DNA of 64,000 bases, taken from IMG/VR virus record IMGVR_UViG_3300045988_149331, positions 32,001 to 96,000 of that record. One strand, given 5' to 3'. The position numbers and the translations under genes are program-made. Position 1 is the first letter of the stretch, and the number at the start of each line of letters is the position of its first letter. Source of the stretch: a virus. The notes under the pieces were generated by a model, which was given only the letters and a program-made list of their open reading frames with translations, was not told the origin of the DNA and searched no databases. Shown here piece by piece: positions 44,528 through 53,438 of the stretch.

Positions 44528-45310
44528 TTATCGTGTTTCTTTTTCCATCGCCACCATCGCGTACATCAACGCTCCGTACACGGCTTGTAACGCTGACGGT
44601 GCCGGAAACAACGAGCGGTTACGATTCATCGCTACCATTACACGGTCATCGTCCAAACGCTCAAAGCGCACATCACCATATTTCAGTAGTTCCAACAGTA
44701 CGTCTTCAAACGTCAACGCTGGCTGATAGGTGTATCCCTTACAGTTGGCGAAGGCTGCGGCGGTGTTTACCGTCAACAGCCCGCTGGTGCGGTGACGATT
44801 CGACAAAATGAAGCCCAGCTGTTTGACAGGCTTCATGCCGCGATTCAAGAGTCTTGCTGAAGCAGCGGCGGGTAATACGTCGCGACCGATAAACGGCGTA
44901 CAATGGGCCTGGCGCGATCCGTAGTGTACAGGTTGGTCGTCGGTGGGTTCAGGTACGCGCTGGAGAGCAGCTTCCAAGGCTTCGCGCGGTGCTATTTCAG
45001 TAACGCCTTCAGTGATGTACCACTGACCCTCCAAACGGCTGGGTTGACGGTCGAAATAGTGTATCGTACCGTCAGCATCGGCGGCGTACCATCCGGGCTT
45101 GACGACGAAACTATGAGCCGTATTGGCGCGTCGTAGAGCCATGGCTTCGCCTACCTTCAACGGATAGCCGTGAGTGAGTATCTCGGCGGCATAGGCGTCG
45201 ATTTCTGTGGTTTTGGCGTCAGGTGCAAAGCACATCACGCCGCGGTTGTACAACGGGTGTACCTCGCTGATGATGTAACGGCCTGTGAGACTCTTAATCA
45301 ACCAAGCCAT
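44528..45310 (-). CDS. Hypothetical protein
   Basis: 260-aa ORF. Confidence 0.55.
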   Translation of the reverse strand: MAWLIKSLTGRYIISEVHPLYNRGVMCFAPDAKTTEIDAYAAEILTHGYPLKVGEAMALRRANTAHSFVVKPGWYAADADGTIHYFDRQPSRLEGQWYITEGVTEIAPREALEAALQRVPEPTDDQPVHYGSRQAHCTPFIGRDVLPAAASARLLNRGMKPVKQLGFILSNRHRTSGLLTVNTAAAFANCKGYTYQPALTFEDVLLELLKYGDVRFERLDDDRVMVAMNRNRSLFPAPSALQAVYGALMYAMVAMEKETR

Positions 45311-45761
45311 CGCGGTGTAGTATTTCGTAAAACTCGCGCGGCCAAACGATATTATCAGGCAGCGGAACCAGAAACGACGCCAAGGCCGTGGCGAACGTTT
45401 CGGCTACTTCCTCCACGCTCCAACCAGCAATTCCACAACCGATCTTCGTCACGTAAAAACGCAGTTCGGGGTGTTGGCTGGTGTAAAGGATGAAACGGTC
45501 GCACGCCTCCAAAAGTACCTCGCGCGGAACCCTTGCTTTGCCGTATTCCGGGAATTCGTCTTCGGCGTTGATTTCGACATATTCCATCGTCGGGATGGCG
45601 TAGCTTTGGCCTTGAGGACCTTCGGCTTGACCGTTGACGGCGCCAAAACGCTTCAGTGCCACAAGAGCCGCACCGCCGCAGTGCTCGCCGTCGGTATTAG
45701 AACCGAACACGAAGACGCCATCGTCGGGGAGTTTCGCTAAATTATCGGGTGTAAATTCCAT
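45294..45761 (-). CDS. Rossmann-like protein with a GSN..G.H.GGAA..A signature (tentatively SLOG/DprA-like)
   Basis: DGVFVFGSNTDGEHCGGAALVALKRFGAVNGQAEGPQGQSYAIPT. The family assignment comes from memory of a common phage motif and is tentative. Confidence 0.3.
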   Translation of the reverse strand: MEFTPDNLAKLPDDGVFVFGSNTDGEHCGGAALVALKRFGAVNGQAEGPQGQSYAIPTMEYVEINAEDEFPEYGKARVPREVLLEACDRFILYTSQHPELRFYVTKIGCGIAGWSVEEVAETFATALASFLVPLPDNIVWPREFYEILHRDGLVD

Positions 45762-45763
45762 AG

Positions 45764-45970
45764 TTAGATTTCTTCGATTTCGTTGTTTTGGAGTTTTTTC
45801 TTGTGTTTCACAAGGTCTATAACGGTGGTACTGACGCCGTCTTCGCCAAGGAACTGAACGCCGAGTTCGTTCTTTTCAGGGCGTATAGCTACCACACGGA
45901 ATGGAATGCCCGCCGGGTGAGTGTATTTTCCGCCAACGCGGAAGAACCGCGCTTTACTTTTCTTGGTCAT
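45764..45970 (-). CDS. Small hypothetical protein
   Basis: 68-aa ORF. Confidence 0.45.
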   Translation of the reverse strand: MTKKSKARFFRVGGKYTHPAGIPFRVVAIRPEKNELGVQFLGEDGVSTTVIDLVKHKKKLQNNEIEEI

Positions 45971-46601
45971 TGAGTTTGTCTATTTGGGTGGTTAATTTCG
46001 TCACCAGGTTGGTGAACTCTTCGATGATAGCGGCTTTTTCAGGCGTATATCCTTTGGCTTTTTCGTCAACGTGTTTGCATAACTCGTTGACCTCGGTTTT
46101 AAGGCGTTTGAGGCTGGCCTCAAACCGCAAAGCCTCAATTTTTGCCGTTGAAGCGTATTGGAGTCGGCAACCTACACCCTCGAAACAACCGCTCTCACCT
46201 AACTTTCGTTTCACACAAAAGCCGGCTTCAGGCAACGGCGTCAGGTCTGAGAAATTGAGAGGCGTCACCCGCGCTTCATCCGGCGTGGTGTCGGTCACGC
46301 GATACACGCCTATGATACGACCGTGATTTTCTGCATACAACAGGTCGTCAATATACAGCAGCGTGGGGACCTTATTCCAAGCGTCAAAATACTTGCGTTT
46401 GACGGCCATATTTTTCAGAATACCAGGTCGAACAGCTACAGCGCACATCACGATTTCCTCGGCACCCATGATCGGGATAGTGGGAGTAGCGGCTTCGTCA
46501 CCGACGGCGATCACGTTGAAGACGTGAAGCGCAGGACGGTACACCCATTCTCTTCCAACAAGTTTCTCTTCCATTTTAGTTGTAGTTTTTGCGTAATTCA
46601 T
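45954..46601 (-). CDS. Hypothetical protein (alternative start at 46574)
   Basis: 215-aa ORF with a coiled-coil C-terminus. Confidence 0.55.
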   Translation of the reverse strand: MNYAKTTTKMEEKLVGREWVYRPALHVFNVIAVGDEAATPTIPIMGAEEIVMCAVAVRPGILKNMAVKRKYFDAWNKVPTLLYIDDLLYAENHGRIIGVYRVTDTTPDEARVTPLNFSDLTPLPEAGFCVKRKLGESGCFEGVGCRLQYASTAKIEALRFEASLKRLKTEVNELCKHVDEKAKGYTPEKAAIIEEFTNLVTKLTTQIDKLNDQEK

Positions 46602-46971
46602 CCAGTTTGGCGACGTATACCTCCATCAACGCAGGATCATACGCCATACGGCGTTTCCATGCGTCAATACTCTCGGTAGCGGGCAGTACACTCGAATAGT
46701 CAGGCGAGGGGCTTTGGTCAGCCCACGAGCGCTGGGCGTCTTCCATCATATAGGCCACCAACTCCCACTCGTAAGGCGAATGGACCTCGGTGCGCAGGTA
46801 CTCGTAGTGTACCAAGATTTCGATGGGGTCCTCGGTACGGAAGGCGAAGTCGGCGTTCGACGATTCAGAGAAGCCTCTCCCCCGGCCTATCAACCCCGAC
46901 CGCAGCCACTGGTGATAAACGGGCTTTCCGGTTTCAGAGGTTCGTTTCAAAAGGTAATATAAACTCTTCAT
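46576..46971 (-). CDS. Hypothetical protein
   Basis: Start moved to MKSLYYL (46971) because the motif copy at 46997-47009 lies just upstream. Confidence 0.5.
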   Translation of the reverse strand: MKSLYYLLKRTSETGKPVYHQWLRSGLIGRGRGFSESSNADFAFRTEDPIEILVHYEYLRTEVHSPYEWELVAYMMEDAQRSWADQSPSPDYSSVLPATESIDAWKRRMAYDPALMEVYVAKLDELRKNYN

Positions 46972-46996
46972 GATGTTGTTAGAATTTTCTGTTCTT

Positions 46997-47009
46997 AATA
47001 ACGTTGGCG
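46997..47009 (+). promoter_or_regulatory. Copy of the AATAACGTTGGCG motif
   Basis: 26-38 nt upstream of the ATG at 46971. Confidence 0.4.
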
Positions 47010-47114
47010 ATTTGCCTTGGCGATGGTACGCCACGCGACGAATTACGTCGCGCCGGATGAGGTTCTATCGGTTCATCGGCGGTGTCTTCAATGCGGTCTT
47101 CGGCCTTGTTGAGT

Positions 47115-48650
47115 TCATCTTCGTGAGCCTTGGACTGAATATCTTCCTCGGAAGGGTTGGCTGAGGTCATAACTGATTTGATTTAATGGGACGTATATTA
47201 ATGAGGTCTTGGCGCGGGTGATAGCCACATACGCCAAATTTCGTTCTTGTTCTAACTGCCACGGCTGTGTAGCGTACCGTGACGGGATGAGTTCTGGAGC
47301 CAGGAAGAACACGTTGTCGTTCTCCAGCCCCTTCGATTTGTGGATCGTCATGAGGAGTATGCCCTTGACGTCGTCGGTAAAAATTCCCTCGATTATTTCA
47401 CGCAATTCGTCAACGGTATCGGCCTCAACGGCCAAGGCGCGGATAACCTCAATCTTCTCGTAGAGTTCTTCTACTTTGAGTGACGTTTCAGGTCTGTTCC
47501 ACCCCTTTTTACGTAGTTTCTCCAAGAGTTTATCCACCTCCTCAGACATCAGTTTTTCCAACTGGTCGATGGTTCGCGCTCCGGTCTTGTCGATTAGGTC
47601 GATCAACCCACGGCCAATATCCTTACCGCGAATACTGGATTTGATCTTGTTCTTTAACAGCCACAGGTACACCTCTACCAGCGGGCGCAAGTTACGACAA
47701 ATGATCCAGTCGCCGTCTTCAATATCGTTGAGTGATCCGACATACACCTCGCCTTCATGAGCGCGTTCGTACGGACGGACGTAGGGAACGTATTTCTCAG
47801 CCTCTTCAACGATACGTCGTCCACAGCGATAACATACCGACAACGGCATTTCAACGCTTTCGCCATTCAATGACGCCAACCGTGCATAGCTGTTAGCATC
47901 CGCACCCGCAAAACCGTATATTGCCTGACGGGGGTCACCAACGGTTATCAACCGTGAACGGCGATCCAAGGCCCGTTTTATGAGTTCGTGTTGAAGGAGC
48001 GACATGTCTTGGCTCTCGTCAACCATTATCACCTCATATTTACGGAATTTAATCGTGGGGTCGGTGACTGGAACGTACAACATATCGGTAAAGTCGAACT
48101 GAGTGTGGTCGGCCTGCGCCAGTGCAAAGGTCTCCAGTGCTAACTGCTTTTCAAGCGTACCGCAGTCGATGTCGTGATACTCGCACAACGCCTCAATTTC
48201 GCCGATTTCAGGACGGCAAAGTGCTGTGCGCATCAGGTCTACTATCTTCGGTATAAGATAGTACAAATAGCCCTTTTTGCATCGCCTCAACAGTTCCTGA
48301 GTTTCAGGATCGCGGGCGTGACGCTTGAGGACTATTTCGATTTTAGTGAGTGTCTTGTTGGGGTTCATGATGGCCTTATTACCGTATCGCCGTAAAAGCA
48401 ATCGCCAACCGTAGCTGTGAAGCGTCATGATGTCCACGTTGGGACGCTTATTGCGGGCGATCAACTCTTTGACGATAGACGTATTGAAGGCCATAAAGAT
48501 TATGGACTTACCGCGCGGGATGCGCTCTAAACACCCCAACAGCGTGGTGGTCTTACCACTACCAGCCACCGCATTCACGTTGATGTTGTGGTTGGTAGTG
48601 GCTACCTCGGTGTATATTGCTTGCTGATAGGGTGAGGGCTCGAAAGCCAT
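47115..48650 (-). CDS. UvrD/PcrA-like SF1 DNA helicase
   Basis: Walker A is AVAGSGKTTTL and the DExQD-type motif is VMVDESQDMS. Later blocks are GDPRQAIYGFAGA, TIHKSKGLE and VAITRAK. Confidence 0.75.
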   Translation of the reverse strand: MAFEPSPYQQAIYTEVATTNHNINVNAVAGSGKTTTLLGCLERIPRGKSIIFMAFNTSIVKELIARNKRPNVDIMTLHSYGWRLLLRRYGNKAIMNPNKTLTKIEIVLKRHARDPETQELLRRCKKGYLYYLIPKIVDLMRTALCRPEIGEIEALCEYHDIDCGTLEKQLALETFALAQADHTQFDFTDMLYVPVTDPTIKFRKYEVIMVDESQDMSLLQHELIKRALDRRSRLITVGDPRQAIYGFAGADANSYARLASLNGESVEMPLSVCYRCGRRIVEEAEKYVPYVRPYERAHEGEVYVGSLNDIEDGDWIICRNLRPLVEVYLWLLKNKIKSSIRGKDIGRGLIDLIDKTGARTIDQLEKLMSEEVDKLLEKLRKKGWNRPETSLKVEELYEKIEVIRALAVEADTVDELREIIEGIFTDDVKGILLMTIHKSKGLENDNVFFLAPELIPSRYATQPWQLEQERNLAYVAITRAKTSLIYVPLNQISYDLSQPFRGRYSVQGSRR

Positions 48651-48680
48651 AACAATCTTGTTTTACAATTCAATACTCGT

Positions 48681-49004
48681 TTATCCGCGAGTCGATGCCC
48701 AATATATCCACTTGACGCTTTTGTGGAACTGGAAATGGAGGGCTTTCTGGTTTTGAACGATGGCTTCCAATTTCGACAGCACCGCCGCTTTACCGCGGTT
48801 CATGTCCACCGACTCTGAGCGTATAAACGCTGTAACGTCGTACCCGACCACCTCGCAATAGTCAATCGACGCCACATTAGATTCTACCGAAGGGGTGAAT
48901 TTGTTCACCAAGAACACCAACGGTTCCTGGCCGTACATCCAAACCTCCAACAGCGCAAAACCACTTTCGAGGATGGTGGTGATGATTTCAATCTTTCTTT
49001 CCAT
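48681..49004 (-). CDS. Hypothetical protein
   Basis: 107-aa ORF. Confidence 0.5.
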   Translation of the reverse strand: MERKIEIITTILESGFALLEVWMYGQEPLVFLVNKFTPSVESNVASIDYCEVVGYDVTAFIRSESVDMNRGKAAVLSKLEAIVQNQKALHFQFHKSVKWIYWASTRG

Positions 49005-49626
49005 TGTGATAATACTTTTTGATGTTTTTCAACAGTTTCTTCATTCTTACCAGCGCCCGGCTATAAAGGCTTTCAGTAACGTCGGGGTTGTCGGCCAAGA
49101 ATTCTGACTTACGCTGACCACTGAGACGTGATAACGATATACGGCGTTCTAACTCAGTGAAGCCAAAATTATCAAAGGTTATTTCTATGTCGTTGATGTG
49201 GTCGGGGGTGCGCATCGACGGGTGCGATGACTCCATGCCGTCGGAAATTTCAGCGTGACGCGCCTTGAGGTTTTTCTTGTAGAGTGTGTAGAAATTACGA
49301 GCGATGGACTTGTTAAAATAGAAATAGAAATTCGCTCCCGGTAGGATGGTGAATTTCTCCAAGCATTTATCAAACATCGCGTAACAATCAGCAATCGCTT
49401 CATCGCGCGAAGGAATATCCGGCGCGTTTGATCCGTTTAACAGGTTGATGTAGTTAGTTATGTTTTTCAACACTATGGTCCCCATCATCCTGAACACCAA
49501 ATTACGATAGGCTGCAGCGCGACGCGGATCGTCACAATGGCGTATAATTAGGATATATTTATTCACCAGACCGATTCGGTATTTGAACGCCTGGCGAAAC
49601 ATTTGACCCTCGACCGTCCTTCTCAT
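48988..49626 (-). CDS. Sigma-70-family-like transcription factor (ECF-sized)
   Basis: The region-2-like block is FYFYFNKSIARNFYTLYKK. The region-4-like HTH is LTELERRISLSRLSGQRKSEF...VTESLYSRALVRMKKLL. Confidence 0.45.
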   Translation of the reverse strand: MRRTVEGQMFRQAFKYRIGLVNKYILIIRHCDDPRRAAAYRNLVFRMMGTIVLKNITNYINLLNGSNAPDIPSRDEAIADCYAMFDKCLEKFTILPGANFYFYFNKSIARNFYTLYKKNLKARHAEISDGMESSHPSMRTPDHINDIEITFDNFGFTELERRISLSRLSGQRKSEFLADNPDVTESLYSRALVRMKKLLKNIKKYYHNGKKD

Positions 49627-49634
49627 AAGCCCTG

Positions 49635-49964
49635 CTATTTTTTCATCATGGCCTTACCCTCAGCGCGAACAGCAGCCAATTTGGCGGCACGCTCGGGGGC
49701 GATCTCCTTTTTGAAATGCTCGTGTGAACGGCGTTTCAGTGATTCCTGCTTCTGTTCCTTAGACATAGCGCGGAACCTACCAAAGTATATGCCGCTCAAA
49801 TCTGCCGGGGCTTCCTTGGGGACCTCTTCACGTATATGCCCACAATGAGGGCACGGCGATTGCTTGCAATACGGCTGGCCGTCACGCATAACAAAGCTAA
49901 CCGATGAATAGTAGTCACGCTGGTCGTAGCGCGGACACTCGGGGTTCTTGCAAACGAATTCCAT
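49635..49964 (-). CDS. Zinc-ribbon protein with a basic C-terminus
   Basis: The Cys pairs are CKNPECPRYD and CPHCGH. Confidence 0.5.
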   Translation of the reverse strand: MEFVCKNPECPRYDQRDYYSSVSFVMRDGQPYCKQSPCPHCGHIREEVPKEAPADLSGIYFGRFRAMSKEQKQESLKRRSHEHFKKEIAPERAAKLAAVRAEGKAMMKK

Positions 49965-49973
49965 AGGGCGTAT

Positions 49974-50450
49974 TTATTGACGGCTGCCATACAACGCAAT
50001 CAGCATTGCGTCACAGGTGGCCAGTGTTACATTGAACGTAGGGAATAGCTGTTGGGCCTTGGCTTTGAGTTTGTTCTTCCACTCGGTTTTAGACATCGTT
50101 TTGCCGCGCCCGCCCAATTGAAACTCCTTCTGCCACTTTTGGGGAGTAACGGTTTCCGTAGGTATTCGACACGCCAAGAGAGCCATCTCCAAGTGTCCAT
50201 ATCCACGGCCAAAGTTAAACATAGCGTTGGCGCCGTTACCCGGTATGCCGCCGACCTTCTCCAAATAGCACTTGGAGTTCAACGAATGGAGTTTCAAAAA
50301 CGCCAAAAGGTCGGTCGGAGTTTCAGGCATTTTGATAGCCACGATGAGACGCCCCTGGGTGATGGAGTAAACCCCGATGCCGCCAGCGGCTCCGGGGTCA
50401 ATACCGATTATGAGTCGGTCCTTGTAGTAGGTTGTGACGGAAGGTTTCAT
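49974..50450 (-). CDS. ruvC: RuvC-like Holliday junction resolvase
   Basis: IIGIDPGAAGGIGVY is the first catalytic Asp block and KCYLEKVGG the second acidic block. The protein is 158 aa. Confidence 0.6.
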   Translation of the reverse strand: MKPSVTTYYKDRLIIGIDPGAAGGIGVYSITQGRLIVAIKMPETPTDLLAFLKLHSLNSKCYLEKVGGIPGNGANAMFNFGRGYGHLEMALLACRIPTETVTPQKWQKEFQLGGRGKTMSKTEWKNKLKAKAQQLFPTFNVTLATCDAMLIALYGSRQ

Positions 50451-50492
50451 CGTTATATCTTATTTTTGAACTATAAGATAATAACGTTGTAA

Positions 50493-52364
50493 TCAAACGT
50501 ACCTTGACACTTTGTCTATCTTCCTCACTGTGAGTTTGTTCTTCGCCGAAAAGTCGGCCGATACGTTCTGGGTGATCATCATCGACGTGATACCCACATT
50601 TTCGAGCGTCCGGATGATGTGTTCCTGACCCATGGAGTCAATACCGTGGAACGCCTCATCCAGCAGTATCATATCCAACCCGCGCCCGTCGGTAGACATA
50701 TTGATAAGTCGATTCAACCCGATCAGCGAAGCCAACGCCACGCGCCCGCGCTCTGCACCAGAGTGGATGCCGTACACGTCAGCGTTCAGGCCGTCCGACT
50801 GGATGTACACATCGATCTTGTCGCGGACGTTACCGTCTTTGGTCATAGTGAAGCCGTTGATGAGTACCGTCACGTCCAGCCCGAACTTTTCAAGATAGAC
50901 GTTGGTCATTCCCTCCAGTACTTTCAACGACTTATTCGCCAAGAACGTCAGGAAGCCGTTTTTACCCATGTGAAAGTCCCAGAAGGACAGTGACTCGGTT
51001 AGGTAACGAAAGTCCGCTAATTCGGCCTTGGCGGCCTTAATTTCAGCCTTCACGGTTTTGATCTTAGCCTCGGCGGCCTTTACCGATGTGTCGTTGTCGG
51101 CGGCTCGCTTGGATTCTTCAATACGTTTCGCCAAATCGGCCCGGCGGCGTTCAGTTTCATCCATCTGACGCTTCAGGCGATCGGCGCGCTCACGAATAGC
51201 CGTCATGTTGCGTTTCACGCGGGTGAGTTCAGCCGACACCTGCTCATAGTCACGCTGTTTTTCTTCAAGGTCCTCCAAGGCTTTTTCAGCCTTTTTAATC
51301 CCCGCCGCCATCTGTTCGTCGTCACGCTCACGCTGGGCGATGATACAACGTATCTGGTCAGGAGTGAGATCGAGTTCGCTGTTGGGGATAAACTGCTCGC
51401 CGCACTTGGGGCACGAGATAACGCCTTCCAACGCCAATTCTAACTCTTCCTTTGCGCGGCGGTTCTTCTTGCGTGCTTTGCGGGCGGCGTCGATCTTCTC
51501 CTCGGCTGCGGCGATATCTTCCTCAAAGTTCGGTGCTGCTTCCAGTTGGCGTTCAAACTGCCCGCGCTTCGTCTTTTCAGCCTCGAATTCTTCACGAATG
51601 GCCTTGACTTGAAGACCGAGCGCAGCGGCGTCCTTAATGTACCCTTCCAACAGCCCAGTCATTCCGGCGATGTTGGCCGCTGCCGACGTGTTGGCCTTCA
51701 ACTCAGCGAGGTTCTCTTCAAGGGTTTCACGGCGTGTGTCCAACGTCAAAATCTTGGTTTCATACTCTGCGACACGATCAGTCGCGGCCTTGTAGTCAGC
51801 CTTGATGGCGTCGAGTACAGGTTGGAGCATGTCGGCATTGGTAATGCGGTTCAGAATCTCTTTCTTGGTGGCGTCGGGAGCGGTAAGAAAATTGTACTGG
51901 CGGTCTTGGCTGATGATGTAATAGCGGAGCAGGTCCTCGCGGCTCAACCCCAGCAACTCCAGTATGCGCTTATCGACCTCGGCAACGGACGTCAACTCGG
52001 TGTTCAAGTGGTCGTTTTCGTACAATGCCGCCTTGGCGCTTTTCTTACGATAGAAACGGCGGCAGACTTCCATAGTCTGGTGAAGAACGTCGTTCGCCAG
52101 CCGCATCATCACCCACGCTTCGTCGCTATCGCGGTTGATAGCCTTATCGCGTGTGATAGGCGTATCGCGCGGCAGCAGGTCGCCAGTCAACGCTAACGCA
52201 ATAGCCTCGAAAAGCGTCGATTTTCCTGCCCCGTTGTTAAGTACGCCACGGTCGGTTTGGTTGTCGCCAAAGATCACCGTACACTCACCACGCTTGAACG
52301 TGACCTCAGCGCGGTCGCGAAAAGCGAACAGGCCGCCAAATTCTATTTTTACAGGATACCACAT
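50493..52364 (-). CDS. sbcC: SbcC/Rad50-like (gp46-like) ATPase
   Basis: Walker A is NGAGKSTLFEAI, followed by long coiled coils around a zinc hook CPKCGE. Walker B is MILLDEAFHGID. Confidence 0.75.
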   Translation of the reverse strand: MWYPVKIEFGGLFAFRDRAEVTFKRGECTVIFGDNQTDRGVLNNGAGKSTLFEAIALALTGDLLPRDTPITRDKAINRDSDEAWVMMRLANDVLHQTMEVCRRFYRKKSAKAALYENDHLNTELTSVAEVDKRILELLGLSREDLLRYYIISQDRQYNFLTAPDATKKEILNRITNADMLQPVLDAIKADYKAATDRVAEYETKILTLDTRRETLEENLAELKANTSAAANIAGMTGLLEGYIKDAAALGLQVKAIREEFEAEKTKRGQFERQLEAAPNFEEDIAAAEEKIDAARKARKKNRRAKEELELALEGVISCPKCGEQFIPNSELDLTPDQIRCIIAQRERDDEQMAAGIKKAEKALEDLEEKQRDYEQVSAELTRVKRNMTAIRERADRLKRQMDETERRRADLAKRIEESKRAADNDTSVKAAEAKIKTVKAEIKAAKAELADFRYLTESLSFWDFHMGKNGFLTFLANKSLKVLEGMTNVYLEKFGLDVTVLINGFTMTKDGNVRDKIDVYIQSDGLNADVYGIHSGAERGRVALASLIGLNRLINMSTDGRGLDMILLDEAFHGIDSMGQEHIIRTLENVGITSMMITQNVSADFSAKNKLTVRKIDKVSRYV

Positions 52365-52366
52365 AT

Positions 52367-53422
52367 CTACAATTCTTTTAACATCGCCAAGCCTTCTTTC
52401 ATCCGCTCGCCGCGTATTTCACGTTCCTTACAGAACTCTATGAAGTTCTTAACGATGGTCGATTTACGGAACGTCACCACTTTTTCAGGGTCGGCTGCTG
52501 TAGCCATCGCCGCAGTGGTTTCGTCGGCTTGAAACTTGATCTCGATGCCCGCGGCGGCGAACTCCGAGGCGTTGAGTTTTTCACAATCGGCTTTTGAGCC
52601 AGTTACAACGATTCTGACGCGATCAAAGTCTTCACCGGAGTACTTATCCATGAGGTTACGTAAAGTTGCTGTATCGGTCGCTACAACAGTTTCGCGGATA
52701 TACCGCGGAAAGCGTAACGAGCGGTGTTCCCACGTGCCGTCGCTGTAGACAATGGTGACGCCCTTGTCGTCGGCTGTTTCGCCAAAGTTGTTCTGACACA
52801 TCGAACCGAGGTAGTACACCTTATCGCCAACCTGCGAAGCGTTGTGATAGTGCCCTACAAACACGGCGTCGTAGTTACGGAACATATCCGGGCGAATATC
52901 GCTTTCAACCTGCGTACCGTCGTTATTCCGTACCCCTTCCACGGCCACGTGAGTAATCATGAAACGTGGGCCGTCGAATTTTCTTCGCTCAAGACCATTA
53001 TCAACGGCCAATTTCTCTTCCAACCATTTGGAGTCGCCGTAATACGGTATCAGCACGAACGAGACACCGCCGTACTCAAACTCCGACGCTTGACTAACAA
53101 CAGTAGCCTTACCGGGGCACACGCTGAGGTAGCTGCGGTCGGAGTCGGCGTCGGTCTTATCGTGGTTGCCGGGAATGGCTACTATCTCCAAGCCGCGGTC
53201 GTTGGCTTCTTCAGTGATAGCCCGCCACGTGTCCAGAACCTCCAAAGGTTGTGCCGAGCGGGACGTGAATACGTCACCGCCCAGAATCACAATCTTACAA
53301 CCTATTTCTTCCGCCAGCGCAAACGTCTGGTCGAACAAGTCCCGGACCACCGCCACGTTATCCTTCGACAGGTGGGGGTCAAAGCCCAAGATGGCTACCG
53401 GGTATTTAGCAGTCTTTTTCAT
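52367..53422 (-). CDS. sbcD: SbcD/Mre11-like (gp47-like) nuclease
   Basis: The phosphoesterase motifs are GFDPHL, GGDVFTSR, GNHD and GHYH. Start moved to MKKTAKY (53422). Confidence 0.7.
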   Translation of the reverse strand: MKKTAKYPVAILGFDPHLSKDNVAVVRDLFDQTFALAEEIGCKIVILGGDVFTSRSAQPLEVLDTWRAITEEANDRGLEIVAIPGNHDKTDADSDRSYLSVCPGKATVVSQASEFEYGGVSFVLIPYYGDSKWLEEKLAVDNGLERRKFDGPRFMITHVAVEGVRNNDGTQVESDIRPDMFRNYDAVFVGHYHNASQVGDKVYYLGSMCQNNFGETADDKGVTIVYSDGTWEHRSLRFPRYIRETVVATDTATLRNLMDKYSGEDFDRVRIVVTGSKADCEKLNASEFAAAGIEIKFQADETTAAMATAADPEKVVTFRKSTIVKNFIEFCKEREIRGERMKEGLAMLKEL

Positions 53423-53438
53423 ACCGTCTAAAACGTTG

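Noticed and set aside
46979-47170. 63-aa minus-strand ORF between the helicase and the 131-aa gene
   Set aside because: It overlaps the helicase 3' end by 56 nt, and it overlaps the long form of the next ORF. It is acidic low-complexity sequence and contains the regulatory motif copy. It is possibly real but unsupported.
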